Below are positions 59,021 to 64,000 of a DNA stretch of 64,000 bases, in pieces. Positions within the stretch are counted from its first letter, which is position 1. Each line of letters begins with the position of its first letter. Position numbers and translations under genes: made by a program. Under the pieces are notes generated by a model. It had not been told where the DNA came from. It saw only the letters and a program-made list of their open reading frames with translations, and searched no databases. Source of the DNA: Ostrea edulis. Lineage: Eukaryota. Location of the stretch: the NCBI RefSeq assembly GCF_947568905.1, contig NC_079171.1:14880001-14944000 (forward strand). Reading direction: 5' to 3'.

Positions 59021-59369
59021 TATACCACTCTCTACACAGTGCAATCTGAGATGTTGATGTATCCGGAAGTTAATAATCTCGCTAAATCTCGGCAATCACA
59101 TGACAAGACTTACAGACCCTATATTACTAAGGATACACAACCCATTCTCCGCTTGATCTGAAAGAAAAATACACCGTGTTTTAGTACTCAAATAACGACC
59201 ATGGTTAGAACAAATTGGAATTATTCATTTATATGATTTATTTCTCAATCTATTTCAATCATATTTTGATTGTTTCCTTTTTGTTTTGTGTTTTCCCTTC
59301 TTATCCATGGTGACAGGTTCTTACCGACTGTCTAATTCTATGTCTAGATGCATCCCTCCTCCCGCCCGA

Positions 59370-60545
59370 GAATATGTTTTAAAATCATTTTATCTGTTGT
59401 CATACACCTATGTAAAAATGTATAGGTTTATTCAAGATCTGTCTTTGAAAAGAGGCCTAGAAATACAAACTGCACACGTGTTATAACGGCACTCAGATTG
59501 AATGTAGAAAATAGCGATGCAGACGCGACTTTTTCAATGAATTTAAAATAGGAATGAATAAATAAAGTTGAATGATAAATATTCCATGACGATACAATTT
59601 ATGCATCTTTTTCCTGTATTTCCGAAGTTAAAAAATATTCATTTCCTTTTGTTGCACCGTGTTTGTAAGTCATTAAACTATTCCTTGTTTAAACTAACCC
59701 CAGGATGAAACAAATAATGCCGAAAAAATCAAAGCGTGCAGCTCATGCCTAGCGTTTCGTGCAGACCGTTCACAACCCTCTCCCCGCCCAAAAAATATTT
59801 CAATCTTTCCTGACGAGAAATTTCTTTAAATCATTTTATCTGTTTTCATTCACGTGTACATAAAATGTATAGGTTTATTCAACATCTGTCTTTGGGAAGA
59901 GGCCTGGAATATACAAATTGCAAATGTGTTTTAACGACACTCAGAATGGATATACAAAAATAGCGAAACAGACGCGACCATTTCATATTCAGTTTCAATG
60001 AATTTAATAGAGCAATGAATCAATACAATTTGATTAATTAATATTCCGTGACGATATAATTTTTACATATTTTTCTTTTATTTTCAAAATAAAAAAAAAA
60101 AAATCATTTTTTTTCTTCATTCTAACGTGTTCATAATTTATTGATCTAATAAGCAAAAATGAAATTTAAAAAAAGAATTCATTTTTTTTTTCATTCCAAC
60201 GTGTTCATAAATTATTGATCTAATAAGCAAAAATGAAATTTACCGCGTCGAGCACGAGCAATCATTTTAAAATGAATCATTATAATTTCTTTCTTAACCT
60301 TTTTTAAATATCTAGAATACTGAAATTATATTGAAACTAATTGAACCAAATAATACCAAAAAAATCAAAGCGTGCAGGTGGCCCACGCCTACCGTTTCGT
60401 GCAGACCATTCACAAAGCGTGTAAGCCACGCCTACAAAGTGGTCAGCGTTTCGTGCAAAGCTTTTCGTGCAAACCGTTCACCGTTCCGTGCAGACCGTTC
60501 AGCGTTTCGTGCAAACCGTTCACCGTTCCATGCAGATTGTTCAGC
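59370..60545. repeat. Degenerate ~450-bp duplication plus GCGTTTCGTGCA(A/G)ACCGTTCA sub-repeats
   Basis: TCATTTTATCTGTT...ATGTATAGGTTTATTCAA...AGAGGCCT...CAGACGCGAC at ~59380 and ~59830; ACCGTTC motifs at 59750-59775 and 60390-60540. Confidence 0.65.
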
Positions 60546-61964
60546 ATAGTAGTATAGCTCCCATATGGGGGGGGGGGGGGGTATACAATGGGTCTATTGT
60601 GTTAGAGAACAATGGAAAGGACAATGGGGGGATTATCCGGATAATCCCCTCTATTGAAATGAGAGGGGAGGAAAGAACAATGAATCAAGGTCATAGATGA
60701 CCTCTTCGTGACCTGGAGGAGACATTGGTAGGCAAGGAGGTTCCCTTCTATTGAAATGCAAGGGGTGGAGCAAGGTCATATATGACCTCTTCGTGACCCG
60801 GCGGAGGCAGCGCACCGACCGTCACGACATTAGGTGGAAAATCCCCTTTTTATTGTAAATGAGGCGATAAGAACAATAAAGCAAGGTCATGAATGACTCT
60901 TTGTAACCTGTAGAGGACATCTCCCTGGTCTAAGGTCTATTGTACGAGAGGACGACGTCTTAAACATTTGATGTCTTTAACAGTACCCGAGAGAGCAGAT
61001 CATTAAGATCAATAGAGGGGGATATATATTTACGGAATGGTTATTCCTTTATATAAGACGAAAAGTGGTTTACTCATAAAAAATTGAACATCGTACATAG
61101 AGTGGATTAAAATTCTGAAGTAGATTTAACGATACCCTCGACTGATTCATGGATCATAGCCTTCACGCAGTAGTGATACAGACGTGAGTGTCAAAGATCG
61201 GATGCTAAAAAACATGATTGTGCTCTGTCGTTTCACACAAAATAAAACATGACAGTCCCTAAATCAGCACCTTTAACAGTATCGGAGAGAGTATACTCGT
61301 AATGAGTTGAACATGAAGAACATCGTATTGATTTAAATATCAACTGTAACATAAACGATTTATACAAAGAGTGGATACCGTCACCCGTATTGCAAATTGC
61401 ATGTTTCCGTTCCCCGTCCAGGTTTTTAGAGATGATTAGCACACAATACAACAAAGACGTGGGTCACGATCTGGGACTTTCATAAAACCTTTCCGCAGCA
61501 GTGATACCCTACATTATCGGATCACACATATCGTAGTAAAATTCTTTAATCTTGTGTAAAACTTTAATGAGTGCGATTATGGATTTAAATATCAGGTGTA
61601 AAATACAGAGAGATGTACACATCGGCATTCAAAGAGCGGATGAAAATCTGTAGTAGTATACTAGTTGTTGATGGACCCCTGGGCATTAGCCATAATAAAC
61701 AAATTGACAATGAAATGACCTTCCAACAGCAGCAGTCTCCTCTACACAGCGATGTGTACATTTTATCAAAGGGGAATTTAAATATTGCATGGATGTTTCG
61801 AATTTCACTCATACATGGTTTATAATTTTCCGTTCGGTGTAAACGTTTACTGTATACATAAATGCTACATCAACTCAACATTAAAGAAAAAAATGAGAAA
61901 CATGTTGTGATGTATTTCATTTTTCTATAATCATTTACAGTTCTTTCATTTCCTCCTCATAGTC

Positions 61965-62235
61965 TGGGGTAATTAAGTGCAAAATGAAAAAGTCCGAAGG
62001 GCATCATATAGCATGTCAATACGAAGGTCTCGGCGAGTAGAGCTCGGCCCGGGGGTGGTCTGGAGTCGTTAAATGCAAAATGAAAAAGTCCGAAGGGTAT
62101 CGTGTGGCACATCACAATGAAGGTCTCGACATGTAGAGCTCGGCCCGGGGGATGGTCCGGGGTCGTTAAGTGCAAATAAAAACGTTTTCCGAAGGGTATC
62201 GTGTAACATATCAAAGTGAAGGTCTCAACGAGTAT
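61965..62235. repeat. ~95-bp tandem repeat, 3 copies
   Basis: TGCAAAATGAAAAAGTCCGAAGGG...GAAGGTCTC...AGAGCTCGGCCCGGGG is repeated. Confidence 0.8.
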
Positions 62236-62665
62236 GGAGGGTAATCGTGTTCAAAAATCCAAGCATGTAACCTTGTTAATCGATACATGCAACCGTGTTA
62301 ATTTCTCAGTTTCAACTATGTATGTTTGTAACTCAGGGGGTGTAAGTTATGTTTCTCAGAAATGTATACCTCGGTGTTGTACTCTTCATTTGTGTCATCG
62401 TTTGATTTCTGATTTTACATTTCTCTTTATAAAAATGCATCATTGTTTCTTAAATTATACGTCGTCATCCCTACAGTATTTCCGTTTGTAGACTTAGTAT
62501 TTACATAGCTGTACCTTACAACATCACATCTTACACCTTACAAGTCAACAAATGTCAAGTTTACATGTTTGTCGAATTTCGATATGACCATATATGGAAA
62601 GACAACGGAAATCCACGATTATTACCGAGAAACGAAAGAATTCCCCATTTGTAGGACTAAGCTAT

Positions 62666-62676
62666 TGCGCATGCGC
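62666..62676. promoter_or_regulatory. NRF1-type palindrome TGCGCATGCGC (possible promoter element)
   Basis: Motif match only; no associated gene identified. Confidence 0.25.
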
Positions 62677-64000
62677 CAAAATTAACAACGGATTTGCATC
62701 TCGAATTTGCTAAGTTTTTATATCAAAAGACAAATCGACATGTGTCACAGTCTTAAGTTCTCGACGTTACGCATTACACACAGAAAATCATCTATAAGGT
62801 TACGAAGAATGGATTTACACCAACGCCTAATAATAAACATATACTTTCTTGATGTGCATGTGCACAGACATGTAACGTTTATGTATGGATAAAACTATCC
62901 AACATGCTAGTACACATATTTTGCACCGGTTAAGATAGCTCATTACACTAAAATTTTATTTAATGGATTGTTAAAACACCTCTTATGAAGAGTGATTTCA
63001 CCATCGAAAGAGTGAAACAAGCTCTCAATTATTTTATATGATTTTTAGTGATTCGTCCCTGAATGATAAAACAAAAATGTTTTCCTTGCAAATAAAGGAT
63101 TCTAGAGTTAAAATTTCGCTGTGATTTGGTGCATGATATGGATATCTAATCAAACATGCCTAAAAGATTCAGATATATACGTTCTTTTTTAGAGTAAAAT
63201 ATTTATGAAAATTGAAAACGTTATTTGTTAATATACAATTATGGGCTGTTTATAGCAGGAAGACATCGGAAATTATCCCATCTTAGTAGGGGTATCACCC
63301 GAGGGTGCCTATGCGTATGTGTATGTAATATCAAAAGTGCAGAGGTCATGTGGTACTGCACATCACAGGGCCAGTCAAAAGGCTGAAAGAATGATGTGGT
63401 AGAAAGAGTTTTTTCCATAATCAATGAAGGGCATCCCGTCTCTGTTAAAGTGTTCCTCTTTATAAATTTTGTGGGAGATAAAGTCTCAAAGAAGTTGTTT
63501 GAGTGGATGATCACATTTGGTATCCCTGATTTCGTCCATCTTATACCCAGGCACGTTAAAATTGATTTTCCATTATTTTTACGTGCAAAGTTATTTTCAC
63601 ATAGAAAGTAAGGTATATTGGATGACCCCCCCCCCCCCCCCCCCCCACTGCATGTACATTGTAATGAATTGAAGGACTAAGCCCCTCCCCCTCCCTTAGG
63701 CTGTTAGTTTGGAATAGACAACATATTTTATGGAGTTCTTGGGGGGGGGGTCCCTTTTTTTTTGCTAGATTGTCAAGAATTTTAGACGACTTCTCCTCTG
63801 CCCCCAATCCCCACCCCTTTTTCAGAAAAGCCACGTCATGTGGCCGATACTCGTTGTCATTCTTTGTGCAACAAAACTTAAGTTGAGTTAAATTTCTGAC
63901 TACTATTTCCTTACATATTGCTACATATTATAATGAAAAAATATATACGTATTTTAATTTATTTTAGCCCTAGATATGATTGAAGAAAAAAATAGCCTAC

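Larger units (their letters stand above)
55533..59120. mobile_element. Second, decayed and internally deleted ISL2EU element (3.6 kb), oriented opposite to the first
   Basis: Perfect 15-bp TIR AGGGTCTGTAAGTCT/AGACTTACAGACCCT with AT on both flanks; plus-strand THAP and DDE remnants; minus-strand YqaJ remnants. Confidence 0.85.

Noticed and set aside
63250-63600. Possible degraded coding frame on the minus strand
   Set aside because: Stop density is about what AT-rich random sequence gives, and no family was recognised.
63899-63904. ACTACT as the right end of the putative Polinton
   Set aside because: The adjacent sequence is not complementary to the 60548 end, and there is no 6-bp TSD.

Overview
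This is AT-rich eukaryotic (metazoan) DNA, most likely from an oyster (Ostreidae). That assignment rests on repeat families and protein types recalled from memory, not on a search. Host genes: (1) dymeclin DYM on the minus strand, with 12 coding exons reconstructed by hand in phase (26-9936), continuing off the left edge; (2) a six-finger C2H2 zinc-finger gene with a single coding exon (17778-19874 +); (3) an intronless, probably N-myristoylated NHL/beta-propeller gene (25415-26803 -); (4) a Cys-rich type I membrane protein gene with a single coding exon (38424-39422 -). The rest is mostly mobile and repetitive DNA. It includes an apparently full-length ISL2EU (PHIS/Harbinger-group) transposon with an intact THAP-DDE transposase facing a spliced SAP-YqaJ exonuclease gene (41879-49100), and a second, decayed ISL2EU with perfect TIRs (55533-59120). 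It also includes nested Helentron-type non-autonomous elements, Harbinger, Mutator and Kolobok-like MITEs, SINEs and a 2.1-kb 26-bp satellite. Most notable findings: the ISL2EU nuclease/transposase pair with mirror-image terminal modules; a minimal type-I hammerhead ribozyme fold at the satellite edge; tandem arrays that multiply DYM exon ends and splice donors, where in one intron the proximal copies have lost the GT; a tandem array of the ZNF stop-codon region; and a 50-bp triple GNA-loop hairpin with a compensatory base pair. All coordinates and folds were derived by eye.
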